Shown here one piece after another: positions 8,629-19,073 of a stretch of DNA of 60,211 nucleotides. The position numbers and the translations under genes were made by a program. The notes beneath the pieces were generated by a model that did no database searches, was not told where the DNA came from, and saw nothing but the letters and a program-made list of their open reading frames with translations. Position 1 is the stretch's first letter; every line of letters begins with the position of its first letter. The stretch comes from Marine Group I thaumarchaeote (GTDB lineage: Archaea > Thermoproteota > Nitrososphaeria > Nitrososphaerales > Nitrosopumilaceae): the NCBI GenBank assembly GCA_044358425.1, contig CP054849.1, positions 416,073 through 476,283 on the forward strand, given 5' to 3'.

Positions 8629-9540
8629 CTATTTTTCCATTTTCCCTGCAAGTAAAACTGGTACTTCAGCTGGTCTTTTTGCTACTGGGATATTTGCTTT
8701 GTTAAACATAGATACTTTAGATTCTGCTGATCCATAGGTTCCCATTACAATTGCACCTGCATGTCCCATTCGTTTTTCCTTTGGTGCTGCTCTTCCTGCA
8801 ATATATGCTACTGATGGTTTGTTGAACCCTGAATCAATAATTTTTTGGGCTAACATTTCTTCTGAATCTCCACCTATTTCTCCAACTATTACTAATCCTT
8901 CCAAATCTGGGATATCTTTGACCATTTCAAACGCATCAATTAATCTAGTACCATTAACTGGATCTCCTCCAATTCCAATTGTAATTGATTGACCAAATCC
9001 TGCATTAGTTAATGCATCTGAAATTTCATAAAGTAAAGTTCCACTTTTTGATAATACCGCAATCTTTCCTGCTTTGAAAGGCATTGGTGGCATAATTCCA
9101 ATTTTAATTAATTCTGGAATCATTATTCCTGGAGTATTTGGTCCAATTATTACTGCCCCTTTTTCTTTTGCTAATTGTAATGCTTCCATGGTGTCTCTAA
9201 TTGGTACGTGTTCTGGAATTGCAACTAGTAATTTAATTCCGGAATTTAATGCATCTTTTGCAGCTGATAAGAAGAATTTTGCTGGAACATAAATGATTGA
9301 AATTTTTGCATTTGTTTCATCTACTGCTTCCTGCATTGTATTGTATATTGGAACTGTTTCTTCAAATTTTTGACCTCCTTTACCTGGAGTTACTCCTGCA
9401 ACAACATTTGTGCCATATGCTATCATTTGTTTTGCATGGATTGAGCCATATGAGCCTGTAATTCCTTGAACTATTACTCCTTTTTTCTCATAATCTGAAT
9501 CTTCTGGGTTTCCTTTAAGTAACTCAAAAATATTTGTCAT
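8629..9540 (-). CDS. sucD: Succinyl-CoA synthetase alpha subunit
   Basis: [27 protein letters not shown], phospho-His motif RMGHAGA. Confidence 0.95.
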   Translation of the reverse strand: MTNIFELLKGNPEDSDYEKKGVIVQGITGSYGSIHAKQMIAYGTNVVAGVTPGKGGQKFEETVPIYNTMQEAVDETNAKISIIYVPAKFFLSAAKDALNSGIKLLVAIPEHVPIRDTMEALQLAKEKGAVIIGPNTPGIMIPELIKIGIMPPMPFKAGKIAVLSKSGTLLYEISDALTNAGFGQSITIGIGGDPVNGTRLIDAFEMVKDIPDLEGLVIVGEIGGDSEEMLAQKIIDSGFNKPSVAYIAGRAAPKEKRMGHAGAIVMGTYGSAESKVSMFNKANIPVAKRPAEVPVLLAGKMEK

Positions 9541-10643
9541 TTTTTTACCCCCATTACTGCTGCATTAATTGCTTCTTCAATTGAATCAAACATATTGGTT
9601 CTAGAACCTTGTAGCATTTCTTTTGCTTTTTCTGATTCAGTACCTTTTAGTCTTGAAAATACTGGTATGTCGATTAGATTATTTTCGTATGCTTTAAGAA
9701 ATGCTTCTGCAACAACTGTTGTTTTTACAATTCCACCATAGAGATTAACTAAAATTCCTTTTACTCTATCTAATTTACTGATCAAAGTTAATGCTTCATA
9801 TACTGATTCTGTAGTTGCACCGCCACCAACATCTAAGAAACATGCTGGTTTTCCTCCGTTATCTGATAACATATCTAATGTTGACATTACAAGTCCTGCA
9901 CCATTTCCTACTACTGCAATATCTCCATCTAATTCAACTAATGAAAATCCACTTTTTTCTGCTTGTTTTTCTATTTCTGATTTTTCTTGATACTTTAGTA
10001 ATTCATCATGTCTGAAATTTGCATTGTCATCAGTTACAAATTTTCCATCTAATGCCATCACTGTGTCATCTTGCATAATTGCAAGTGGGTTGATTTCTAC
10101 CAACTCAGCTTCTTTTTCGATTGTTAATTTTGATAATTTTTTTAGTGTATCTGCAACTCCTTTTGCTGTGATCCCTTCTAATCCCATTTCTTTTGCAACT
10201 TCATTTGCAATTTCATCTGATACATCTCCTAATCCTATTTCTTTGATGATTTGATTTTTAACTGATTCAATTTCCACTCCTCCTTCTGCAGATGCAATGA
10301 TTGTATAGCATCTTTTTGAACGATTTAGAAATATGGATAAGTATAATTCTTTTTTAATATCTGCCATTTTTTCTAATAAAATTGCTCTTGCTTTTTCACC
10401 TTTAATTTCTAAATCCATAACTTGTGGATATTTTATGTCGAATTCATCGTCATTTTGACATTTTTGGATACCTCCTGCTTTACCTCTACCCCCAACAGGA
10501 ACTTGAATTTTAATTACAAATGGGTATCCTAATTCTTTTGCATGTTTTCTTCCTTCTTCGATATTAGTTGAGGATATGCTATCTAATAGACTAATTCCAT
10601 ATTCTCTGAAAAGCTCTTTTGCTTGAAATTCTAATAGTTGCAT
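9537..10643 (-). CDS. sucC: Succinyl-CoA synthetase beta subunit
   Basis: LLEFQAKELF, GGRGKAGG, EINPL, GNGAGLVM, FLDVGGGA. Confidence 0.95.
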   Translation of the reverse strand: MQLLEFQAKELFREYGISLLDSISSTNIEEGRKHAKELGYPFVIKIQVPVGGRGKAGGIQKCQNDDEFDIKYPQVMDLEIKGEKARAILLEKMADIKKELYLSIFLNRSKRCYTIIASAEGGVEIESVKNQIIKEIGLGDVSDEIANEVAKEMGLEGITAKGVADTLKKLSKLTIEKEAELVEINPLAIMQDDTVMALDGKFVTDDNANFRHDELLKYQEKSEIEKQAEKSGFSLVELDGDIAVVGNGAGLVMSTLDMLSDNGGKPACFLDVGGGATTESVYEALTLISKLDRVKGILVNLYGGIVKTTVVAEAFLKAYENNLIDIPVFSRLKGTESEKAKEMLQGSRTNMFDSIEEAINAAVMGVKK

Positions 10644-10684
10644 GCAAGAGTGATGGATTTTACGGTCTTTATATACTTATGAGG

Positions 10685-11014
10685 CTATTTTAATTGCTCT
10701 TGAAGAAAATCAATCATTTCTAAAAAGCGATCTTTACTTTTTCTTAACAATTCTTGTGGATATTCTTCAATTCTGAAAACAAATTGTTGATGAAAACTTG
10801 GAACAAGGATTCCTCCTGATGTAACCATTTGTTCAATTACATATCCTTTGGTTAAACTGCAGACAATTTCTTCATATGATTCATCTTCTTCATCTAGTGT
10901 CTGCCTGTACAAAATAATTGGTTTGTTTGTTTTTGCAACAATATCTGATCCTTTTTTTAATAGATCTACTAACTGTTGAATTTGCCAAGCATCAAGACTA
11001 ATCTGCTTTACCAT
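10685..11014 (-). CDS. Conserved hypothetical protein
   Basis: 109-aa ORF with genome-typical codon usage. Confidence 0.65.
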   Translation of the reverse strand: MVKQISLDAWQIQQLVDLLKKGSDIVAKTNKPIILYRQTLDEEDESYEEIVCSLTKGYVIEQMVTSGGILVPSFHQQFVFRIEEYPQELLRKSKDRFLEMIDFLQEQLK

Positions 11015-11123
11015 GATTATCTTGGGTGATTTTTCTATTTAACCGTGATAAAACAAATCATGTTAACTCTTTGTCTTTAATTAAATCACAAATTTTTAAT
11101 AAAGAAAGAAAATGATTTGGCAT

Positions 11124-11732
11124 TTATGCCATATCTAATGCTCTAGAATGTTTTCCTGTGTGAGGTCTTTCCCCCGAATACTTTCTTCTCATGTGCCCTG
11201 ATGGTCTTCCATAGATTAACTCTAAGAACCATGACTCATGTTCAATTTCTTCAGCAAGAATGTCTTTTGCTATGTCGTATGTTACCGGATCTTTTCCAAA
11301 TGTCATTTGACAAATTTTATTCCAATTAACAATTGCACCTTGTTCTGCTTTTAGACATTTTTCTAGAATTGCTTTATGATCTGTTGGATTTGGTGGAAGT
11401 TGTAAGAATTCACAACCTGAAATTTTGATAAATTCTGTTGCATCGTTTGGAAGTATTCCTCCTAATTGATAGATTCTTTCTAGACATGATTCAAAGTGAC
11501 TGAGGTCTTCTAGTCTTGCATCCTCGATTATTCCTTTGAGTCCTTCTCCTTCCATGCCTGTACAATGTGCTCTGAGATTAGTAAAGTAATAGTATGCTGT
11601 AAATTCTACTGCAGCATTTGTGATTAACTCCTTTACTAATTCATCAACATCTAAGCCGTTTTGTTTTAAAACGTTAATTCCAACAACATGTGGGTTTGAA
11701 TCAGACATTCCTTTTGATAATAAGTAATTCAC
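11124..11732 (-). CDS. DPS-like (DPSL) ferritin-superfamily antioxidant protein
   Basis: VVG..LKQNGLDV, EFTAYYYFT, EDARLEDLSHFE, EEIEHESWFLELIYGRPSGH; likely start MSDSNPH at 11708. Confidence 0.9.
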   Translation of the reverse strand: MNYLLSKGMSDSNPHVVGINVLKQNGLDVDELVKELITNAAVEFTAYYYFTNLRAHCTGMEGEGLKGIIEDARLEDLSHFESCLERIYQLGGILPNDATEFIKISGCEFLQLPPNPTDHKAILEKCLKAEQGAIVNWNKICQMTFGKDPVTYDIAKDILAEEIEHESWFLELIYGRPSGHMRRKYSGERPHTGKHSRALDMA

Positions 11733-11753
11733 ATAAAAATATTACATTAAATC

Positions 11754-14700
11754 CTATTCTACAGATATTTTGATTTTTTGGCCATCAATATCATCGTCCT
11801 TGTATTCTTCACATGATTTTTCAAAATTCACTTTTTTTACTCGTACTAGAAATGCCAATTCTTCATTTCTTTCTTTAATCATTTCTAATGATTCTTCATC
11901 TAATTCTAAAATTGATGCCACTTCTAAAACATCTGTTGGGTTGTACCCTCTTTCTTTTCGAAGAGTTTGTAATCTTCTTGCGATATCTTTCACCAATCCT
12001 TTTGCCATCATTTCCTTGTTTCTTGAAGTTGAAATGAATACTACGAATCCATCTCTTTTTGATACAGCAAAATCATCTTTTGAATCAAAATCTACTATGA
12101 AGTCCTCTTTATCTAGTGAAATGATTTCATCATCAATTTTAAAATCATATTTTCCATCTTTTTGTATGGATGAAATAATTTCATCAGGGTTTGTTTCTGA
12201 AAATGTACTTACTAATTTTCCCATATGCTGTTTTGCTTTTGGTCCAATTTTCTTTCTTTCTAATTCTAATGTTGATTTAACTGGTAAACCTAATTTTTTT
12301 AATTCTGATAACTGTTCTAAACCACTTTCTTTTTCTGTTTCAACAATACTGAATTTTTCAACATTAAGTTGTGATTTTAATAAATTCGATAATGATTCTA
12401 GTTTTACTTTTTGATTTTTCTTAACACAGATTTGTGCTTCATTTAACGGCCATCTTCTTTTTAATTTTCCTTTCATTCTTGCTGCTGCTGAAATTGATAC
12501 TGTGTCTTTCATAATGTCAAATGATTCTTCAATATCTTCATTTACCAATGATTCTTTGTATTGTGGCCATTTGTCAAGTAGGATACTTTGTTTTCCTTCA
12601 AAAACAGTTTGGTAAAGATGTTCACTCGTAAATGGACAAAATGGATGAATCAAAATATCTAGTGTCTTGAGAACTTCGCTAAGTACTGCATAAATTGCAA
12701 GACGTCTATTCTTTTTTTCTTCTGATTCATCCCACAATTCTCCTCTGGTTATTGGAATGTAAATTTGACTTAGATTATTGATAATGAAATCATCTATTGC
12801 TTTTGCTCCTTCGTGGAATTTACACGTTTCATTTTTTTCTGTAATTTTTTGAATTAATTTCTGAAGTTTTGACAGTAACCAAATATCTGGTGATGTTAGT
12901 GAGTCCTTGTTTTTGGCCCATTCAATTGTATTTGTAGTGTTAAAATTATCATATTGACTATTTTGCTTAAAGTAAAGGTGAAGATTGAATAATGTATTGA
13001 TTACCTGATATGGTCTAGACATTAATTCATCTGTACTGAAACTAAGTGGCTCAATTGGACTTGCTTTCCACATGAAATAAAATCGTATCAAATCTACTGG
13101 ATATTTTTCTAATAATTCTGCCCCTTCCAAAACATTTCCTTTACTTTTACTCATTTTTCCTCCTTTCTCATCTAGTACATGTCCTTGAAACAAAAATGAC
13201 TTGTATGGTGGTGTTGCACTATTGTTTAGAATGACATTTTCAATTAGTAATGTGTATGCCCAACCTCTTGTTTGATCTATTCCTTCTGTAAAAAATGGTG
13301 CTGGAATTTCTTTCTCATATTCTTCATTTGTTAATGATGAAAATGGTGCAGAGCCACTGTTATGCCATGTATCTAAAACATATTCTTCTCTTTTTGTTTT
13401 TACACTATTACATTTTTTACATTTGATTGTGATGTTGTCAATCCATGGCCTATGTAATTCAAAGTTTGGTCCATCTGGTAATTTGTCTGCTGATTCTACA
13501 ATTTCTTTTCTTGTAAACAACCAATTTTTTTCACCACAATCTTCACAACTCCATACAGGTAATGGACAACCCCATATTCTTTCTCGTGAAATGCACCACG
13601 GATGTCTCTCTTTAATAATTCCTAAAAATCTATTTTTTGGCTGTTCAAAAAAATATTCTACACTTTCTGCAGCATCTATTGCTTTGTTTTCTAATCTATC
13701 TAATTTGTAAAACCATCCTCTTCTTGCAAGCCAAACAATTGGATGATGTGATCTCCAACAAAGTGGGTACTTGTGTTTAATTTTTCCAATTTTCACTAAT
13801 GCATTATGTTCTTTCAGATCTTCAACAATGGGTCTATCTGCATCCCTAACAAACATTCCTTCATATTTTCCTGCCTGATTTGTAAATTTCACTTCATCGT
13901 TTATTGGACTAAAAATTTTCACTTTTCTTTTATTTGCAATTTTGATATCTTCTTCACCATTTGCTGGTGATAGATGTACCAATCCACTACCTGTACTTGC
14001 ATCAACAAATGATTCTGAAACTGCAACATGATAATTATCTAATTTTGAATATTCATTTAATTCTGGAATTAAATCTAATAATGGATGGATGTATTTTTTT
14101 CCCTCAAATTCTGAACCTTTGATAGTTTTTTGAATTTCATGTTTCTCAATTTTCGCCTCTGACATGAATTCTTCTAATCTTGTTTTTCCTACAATCCATG
14201 TTTCATTTTCTACTTTTACATATGCATAATCTTCATCTGGATTCAATCCTACCATTGCATCTGTAACAAGTGTAAATGGCATTGTAGTCCATACAATCAA
14301 GAATGCATCTTCATCTACTAACTTCACTTTGTAGTATAGTGATGGATCCTTGACTTCCTCATATCCTTGATTTACTTCTGCATGACTAAGTGATGTCTGA
14401 CAACTAGGACAATATGCAATTACCGTAAAATCTTCTTCTAAAATTTTATTTTCATATGCTTTTTTAAGAACTTGCCATTCTCTTTCTATGAATTGATCTT
14501 TGAATGTCCAATATGCTTTTTCATGATTAAATGACATTCCAAGTGCATTATCAACTTCCACCCAAGTCTTGTTGAATTTTTCTACAACTTTTTTACATTC
14601 TGAAACTATTCTTTCTACACCAAATTCTTTGATTGCTTCGGTCTTTCCACCTGAAACTCCTAACTCTTTTTCAACTTGTAATTCAACTGGAAGTCCTTGG

Positions 14701-14951
14701 GTATCCCACCCACCATTAAACTCAATCTTTTTGCCTTGTAATGTGTTAAATCTATACCATAAATCCTTGATTACTCTACCTCTGAGATGGCCTGCATGTG
14801 GAATTCCGTTCATTGTTGGAGGGCCTTCAATGAATCTTATTTTTTCAGGTTTGTCAGATGCAAAAATTAGTTTTTCAATATCTATTGATTTAGTATATTC
14901 TTTAATTTTAGACTCTATTTCTTTTGCATCAAATTTTGAATTTAATTCCAT
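11754..14951 (-). CDS. ileS: Isoleucine--tRNA ligase
   Basis: EGPPTMNG.PHAGH (HIGH-like), GWDTQGLP, VWTTMP, WCISRERIWG, KMSKS. Confidence 0.96.
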   Translation of the reverse strand: MELNSKFDAKEIESKIKEYTKSIDIEKLIFASDKPEKIRFIEGPPTMNGIPHAGHLRGRVIKDLWYRFNTLQGKKIEFNGGWDTQGLPVELQVEKELGVSGGKTEAIKEFGVERIVSECKKVVEKFNKTWVEVDNALGMSFNHEKAYWTFKDQFIEREWQVLKKAYENKILEEDFTVIAYCPSCQTSLSHAEVNQGYEEVKDPSLYYKVKLVDEDAFLIVWTTMPFTLVTDAMVGLNPDEDYAYVKVENETWIVGKTRLEEFMSEAKIEKHEIQKTIKGSEFEGKKYIHPLLDLIPELNEYSKLDNYHVAVSESFVDASTGSGLVHLSPANGEEDIKIANKRKVKIFSPINDEVKFTNQAGKYEGMFVRDADRPIVEDLKEHNALVKIGKIKHKYPLCWRSHHPIVWLARRGWFYKLDRLENKAIDAAESVEYFFEQPKNRFLGIIKERHPWCISRERIWGCPLPVWSCEDCGEKNWLFTRKEIVESADKLPDGPNFELHRPWIDNITIKCKKCNSVKTKREEYVLDTWHNSGSAPFSSLTNEEYEKEIPAPFFTEGIDQTRGWAYTLLIENVILNNSATPPYKSFLFQGHVLDEKGGKMSKSKGNVLEGAELLEKYPVDLIRFYFMWKASPIEPLSFSTDELMSRPYQVINTLFNLHLYFKQNSQYDNFNTTNTIEWAKNKDSLTSPDIWLLSKLQKLIQKITEKNETCKFHEGAKAIDDFIINNLSQIYIPITRGELWDESEEKKNRRLAIYAVLSEVLKTLDILIHPFCPFTSEHLYQTVFEGKQSILLDKWPQYKESLVNEDIEESFDIMKDTVSISAAARMKGKLKRRWPLNEAQICVKKNQKVKLESLSNLLKSQLNVEKFSIVETEKESGLEQLSELKKLGLPVKSTLELERKKIGPKAKQHMGKLVSTFSETNPDEIISSIQKDGKYDFKIDDEIISLDKEDFIVDFDSKDDFAVSKRDGFVVFISTSRNKEMMAKGLVKDIARRLQTLRKERGYNPTDVLEVASILELDEESLEMIKERNEELAFLVRVKKVNFEKSCEEYKDDDIDGQKIKISVE

Positions 14952-15037
14952 CTGGATTTTGATATGTTTGTGGCATTATAAAGATAAACAGATTTTCTGA
15001 GAATTGGATTATATTGTTGGGCTAATGACATTTTTTA

Positions 15038-16300
15038 TTGGTAAATATTCTTGTAGTCGGTTCTGGTGGACGAGAGCATGCATTATCTTGGAAATTATCT
15101 CAAAGTAATCATGTTGAAACCGTTTACACTGCTCCCGGAAATGGTGGTACTGAGAACAATGTTGCAATTGATGTCAATGATTTAGATGGATTAGCTGAAT
15201 TTGCACAAAAAAATAATTGTTTTACTGTAGTTGGTCCTGAAGATCCATTAGCTTCTGGAATTGTAGATAAATTCAATAAATTAAACCTGAAAGTTTTTGG
15301 TCCTTCTCAAGCAGCTGCACAACTTGAATCAAGTAAAATTTGGGCAAAAAATTTCATGAAGAGAAATAATATTCCTACTGCACGGTTTGAAATATTTGAT
15401 GATGCTCAAAAAGCCATTGAATATGTTCAATCTATTGATTTCAATGTTGTAGTCAAAGCCGATGGATTAGCTGCTGGAAAAGGTGTGATTGTATGTAATA
15501 GTGACGCTGAAGCTATTTCTGCTATTGAAACAATTTTAGTGAAAAAAACATTTGGTGATGCTGGAAATAAAATAATTGTTGAAGAAAGAATTGACGGAAT
15601 TGAGGCTTCATACATTGCTCTATCTGATGGAAATGTAGCACTTCCGATGGCATCTAGTCAAGATCATAAACGGGTTTTTGATAATGATAAGGGTCCTAAT
15701 ACAGGTGGAATGGGTGCATATTCTCCAACTCCTATTGTGACTGATGATTTAGCAAAAAAAATTCAAGAAGAAGTGATTGAAAAAACTATTCATGCGATGA
15801 AAAATGAGGGAATTTCGTTTAAGGGATTTTTGTATGCTGGAATAATGATCAAAGATAACACACCATATGTTTTGGAATACAATGTCCGTATGGGTGATCC
15901 TGAATGTCAACCAATTACAATGAGAATGGATTTTGATTTGTATGATTATTTTTCTGCAAGTGTTGATGGAACTTTATCTTCAATGCCTTCACTGTCTTGG
16001 AAAGATCAATTTGCTGTATGTGTGGTTTTAGCATCTGAAGGTTACCCTGGTTCATATTCTACAAATGATGAAATTACTGGATTTGAAAATATTTCAAATA
16101 GTACTAGTGTTTTTCATGCTGGAACAAAAAAATTGGATGGAAAAATTTTATCTACTGGTGGACGTGTTTTGGGTGTCACTTCATTAGGTGATTCTTTAGA
16201 ATCTGCAATTAATACTGCATATTCTGAAATTGAAAAAATCAATTGGTCTAACAAATTTTGTAGAAATGATATTGGAAAAAAGGGTTTATCTTATTTTTGA
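15038..16300 (+). CDS. purD: Phosphoribosylamine--glycine ligase
   Basis: GSGGREHAL, KADGLAAGKGV, QDHKR..GPNTGGMGAYSP, EYNVRMGDPE. Confidence 0.96.
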   Translation: MVNILVVGSGGREHALSWKLSQSNHVETVYTAPGNGGTENNVAIDVNDLDGLAEFAQKNNCFTVVGPEDPLASGIVDKFNKLNLKVFGPSQAAAQLESSKIWAKNFMKRNNIPTARFEIFDDAQKAIEYVQSIDFNVVVKADGLAAGKGVIVCNSDAEAISAIETILVKKTFGDAGNKIIVEERIDGIEASYIALSDGNVALPMASSQDHKRVFDNDKGPNTGGMGAYSPTPIVTDDLAKKIQEEVIEKTIHAMKNEGISFKGFLYAGIMIKDNTPYVLEYNVRMGDPECQPITMRMDFDLYDYFSASVDGTLSSMPSLSWKDQFAVCVVLASEGYPGSYSTNDEITGFENISNSTSVFHAGTKKLDGKILSTGGRVLGVTSLGDSLESAINTAYSEIEKINWSNKFCRNDIGKKGLSYF

Positions 16301-16851
16301 GTTTGAAACATTCTATCTTCTGTGATAATCCAGTCCATGTTTATATCGTGATCTGATTTTGGAATATTCTTAATGATTTGTTTCTCTAATACTAGAGAAA
16401 TCGTTACGGTGTTTTTTCCTTCTAAAAATTTATCATAAAATCCATGACCATATCCCAATCTAACTCCTGATGGTGAAATTCCTACTGTTGGGACAACTAT
16501 GATGTCTAATTCGTCACTCACTTGACAATTATCTTTGGGCTCCATAATGTCAAATTTTCCCATTTCTAGACTTCCAAAATCTTCAATTTTTCTAAACTCC
16601 ATGTTTTTTCCAATTACTTTAGGTAAAAACACTTCTTTTCCTTTACTGATTAATTCTTGAATGATGTCTTGAGTGAGAATTTCACTTCCAATTGGATAAT
16701 AGAGTCCAATTTTTTGAGCATCTTTGAAAGCATATACTTTGTTAATTCTTTTTTGCATTTTCTTACTTGCAATTTTTAGTAAATCAAAGGATGTGTTGTC
16801 TCTTCTTTCTAAAAGAAGTTCCCTCAGTGATTTTTTGTTATTGTCTTCCAA
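16291..16851 (-). CDS. 5-formyltetrahydrofolate cyclo-ligase
   Basis: K..LR..LL.RR, VFLPKV, IIVVPTVG, RLGYGHGFYDK, DWIITE; start taken at the TTG at 16851 (track gives 16863). Confidence 0.9.
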   Translation of the reverse strand: MEDNNKKSLRELLLERRDNTSFDLLKIASKKMQKRINKVYAFKDAQKIGLYYPIGSEILTQDIIQELISKGKEVFLPKVIGKNMEFRKIEDFGSLEMGKFDIMEPKDNCQVSDELDIIVVPTVGISPSGVRLGYGHGFYDKFLEGKNTVTISLVLEKQIIKNIPKSDHDINMDWIITEDRMFQTQK

Positions 16852-17710
16852 TTTGAGTTCCAAGTGATGCCGCAGTAATTGTATTTTTTAATAGCATTGC
16901 AACTGTCATTGGACCTACTCCTCCTGGAACTGGAGTGGCAAATGATGCCTTTTCAATAATTTTCTCATAATCACAATCCCCCACTAATTTATCTTGAAAT
17001 CTTGAAATTGCTACATCAATAACAATTGATTTTTCTTTAATCATTTCTGGAGAGAGAATGAATTTTGTTCTATCCCCTACTGCAGTGATAATAATGTCAG
17101 CTGCTTGACAAAATTTTTCAATATCTTTTGTTCTAGAATGACATGTGATCACTGTGGCATTTTTTTGTAACAATAAATGATATAGTGGTTTTCCTACTAG
17201 ATTACTTCTGTTAATTAGAACTATATTTTTTCCTTGTAACTCAATATTGTGATAGTCAAACATTTCCATTACTCCTGATGGAGTGCACGCTACAAGTGCT
17301 GCTTTTCCCATTGATAATAATCCTGCATTATGTGGTGTAAGACCATCTACATCCTTCAATGGTGAAATACGTGATGTTGTTGCAAATTCACTCAAATGTT
17401 TTGGTAATGGTAATTGAACTAAAATTCCATGAACTGTTGAATCTGTATTCAATTCATCAATTATACTGCTAAGTTGTTGTTGTGTTGTATTCTCATCTAA
17501 TTTGTGGTCTTTAGTGATTATTCCCACTTCTTCACATGCTTTGTGCTTATTTCTTACATATGTGGCTGAAGCTGTATTGTTTCCTACCAGAACTGTAGCT
17601 AAACATGGATTGATCCCTTCTTTTTTTAATTCTGATGTTGATTTTTTGACTCTATCTTTTACTGTTTGAGCAATTATTTTCCCATCAATCTTGGTTCCCG
17701 TCATGACCAT
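16838..17710 (-). CDS. folD: Bifunctional methylenetetrahydrofolate dehydrogenase/cyclohydrolase
   Basis: IDGK, YVRNK, HGILVQLPLP, KDVDG, CTPSG, TPVPGGVGPMTVAML. Confidence 0.96.
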   Translation of the reverse strand: MVMTGTKIDGKIIAQTVKDRVKKSTSELKKEGINPCLATVLVGNNTASATYVRNKHKACEEVGIITKDHKLDENTTQQQLSSIIDELNTDSTVHGILVQLPLPKHLSEFATTSRISPLKDVDGLTPHNAGLLSMGKAALVACTPSGVMEMFDYHNIELQGKNIVLINRSNLVGKPLYHLLLQKNATVITCHSRTKDIEKFCQAADIIITAVGDRTKFILSPEMIKEKSIVIDVAISRFQDKLVGDCDYEKIIEKASFATPVPGGVGPMTVAMLLKNTITAASLGTQIGRQ

Positions 17711-17794
17711 TTTACAATTTGTTGATATTTAATTCTTGGAATTGTTGTCAAGAATTTGAGAAAGAAAATTAAGTGGGCTCCTTAAAACATCAAT

Positions 17795-18079
17795 ATGTTT
17801 ATCATGATGGCTGATGTGCAACTCAAAGAAGGTGCTGAAAATGATTTCAAAACTCTATTTTCTGAATCAAATAAAGTCTTATCCTCTTTTCCTGGATTTG
17901 TATCCCGAAGATTTCTAAAATCTCCTGATGGCAGCTATCGAATAATCGTTGAGCATGAAACTCAGGAAACTTTTATGACTATGATTCAAAGTCCTGAACA
18001 TCAACAATTTCATCCAAAATTACATTCTTTTATGAGTACGGAACCTGTGAAAAAAATGTTTAATTCATCTGTTGAATAA
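17795..18079 (+). CDS. Antibiotic biosynthesis monooxygenase (ABM) domain protein
   Basis: ..LKEGAENDF..FPGFVSRRFL..F..M.QSPEH dimeric alpha/beta barrel pattern. Confidence 0.75.
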   Translation: MFIMMADVQLKEGAENDFKTLFSESNKVLSSFPGFVSRRFLKSPDGSYRIIVEHETQETFMTMIQSPEHQQFHPKLHSFMSTEPVKKMFNSSVE

Positions 18080-18401
18080 ATTGAAATTAGAATTTAATTT
18101 AAAAGATAATTTAGACAAAATTAAAAAAAGTGATTCATATTTTCACACTTTTATAAATAAAGATAATCTTGCTACTGGAATTTTGATATTAAAACCCGGA
18201 GAAGAAGATACTCAAGAACCTCATGAAAGTGATGAAGTATATTTTATAATCTCTGGAAATGGATTTCTTAAAATTAAAAATAAAGACTACAAAATTTCAA
18301 AAGATAAATTATTTTTTGTGGGTAAAAATATGCCTCATTATTTTCATTCTAATACAAAGGAACTCAAAGCTTTGTATTTTTTTGGTGGGCCTGATTCTTA
18401 A
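18072..18401 (+). CDS. Cupin domain protein
   Basis: DTQEPHESDEVYFIISGNG..FV..NMPHYF cupin motifs. Confidence 0.85.
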   Translation: MNKLKLEFNLKDNLDKIKKSDSYFHTFINKDNLATGILILKPGEEDTQEPHESDEVYFIISGNGFLKIKNKDYKISKDKLFFVGKNMPHYFHSNTKELKALYFFGGPDS

Positions 18402-19015
18402 GAAATATGGGTTTTTCTTCCTACGATTCTGATTTTTTTTCTGGCAATTAGATTGACTGCTTCAGAGTATATTTTGTGTTCTTCTTTTAGAATTTTTTTA
18501 GATAATGATTTTTCTGTATCTTTTTCTTTAATTTCTACTACTGATTGAATAATCACAGGACCTGTGTCCATTCCTGCATCTACAAAATGAACTGTACAAC
18601 CTGTATATTTTGCACCATAGTCCAATGCTTGTTTTTGTGAATTTAAACCTGGAAATGATGGTAATAATGCTGGATGTATGTTGATAATTTTATTTTTGTA
18701 TTTTTTTACAAATCCTGGACTAATAATTCTCATAAATCCTGCAAGGCAAACAAGTCCGTTTCTTGGAGTAACTCCGTAACTTGTTAATACGTTCATTATT
18801 TTTTTATCATAATCTGTTCTACTGCCTTTGAAGTTTTTACTTTCAATTATTTCTACATTCACTCCCATTTTTCTTGCTATTGCCAAACCTTTTGCATCTG
18901 ATTTGTTTGAAATTACAACTGCTGGATTTATTGGAATTTTTTTAGTTTTAATTGATTTTAAAATGGATTCCATATTGCTTCCACGTCCTGAGATTAGAAT
19001 TCCGAGATTTAGCAA
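18398..19015 (-). CDS. purN: Phosphoribosylglycinamide formyltransferase
   Basis: LISGRGSNM, LAGFMRI, INIHPALLPSFPG, GCTVHFVD.GMDTGPVI. Confidence 0.96.
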   Translation of the reverse strand: MLNLGILISGRGSNMESILKSIKTKKIPINPAVVISNKSDAKGLAIARKMGVNVEIIESKNFKGSRTDYDKKIMNVLTSYGVTPRNGLVCLAGFMRIISPGFVKKYKNKIINIHPALLPSFPGLNSQKQALDYGAKYTGCTVHFVDAGMDTGPVIIQSVVEIKEKDTEKSLSKKILKEEHKIYSEAVNLIARKKIRIVGRKTHIS

Positions 19016-19073
19016 CTAGTCAATAGTGGATCAAACCTGCAATTTATATCAAATCCAATAATTTTTCTTTTTA

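Noticed and set aside
11770-15000. Long antisense ORFs inside ileS (and similar ones inside sucCD, uvrAB, carB, pepF)
   Set aside because: They fully overlap well-supported genes and have Ser/Phe/Ile-rich compositions typical of antisense frames
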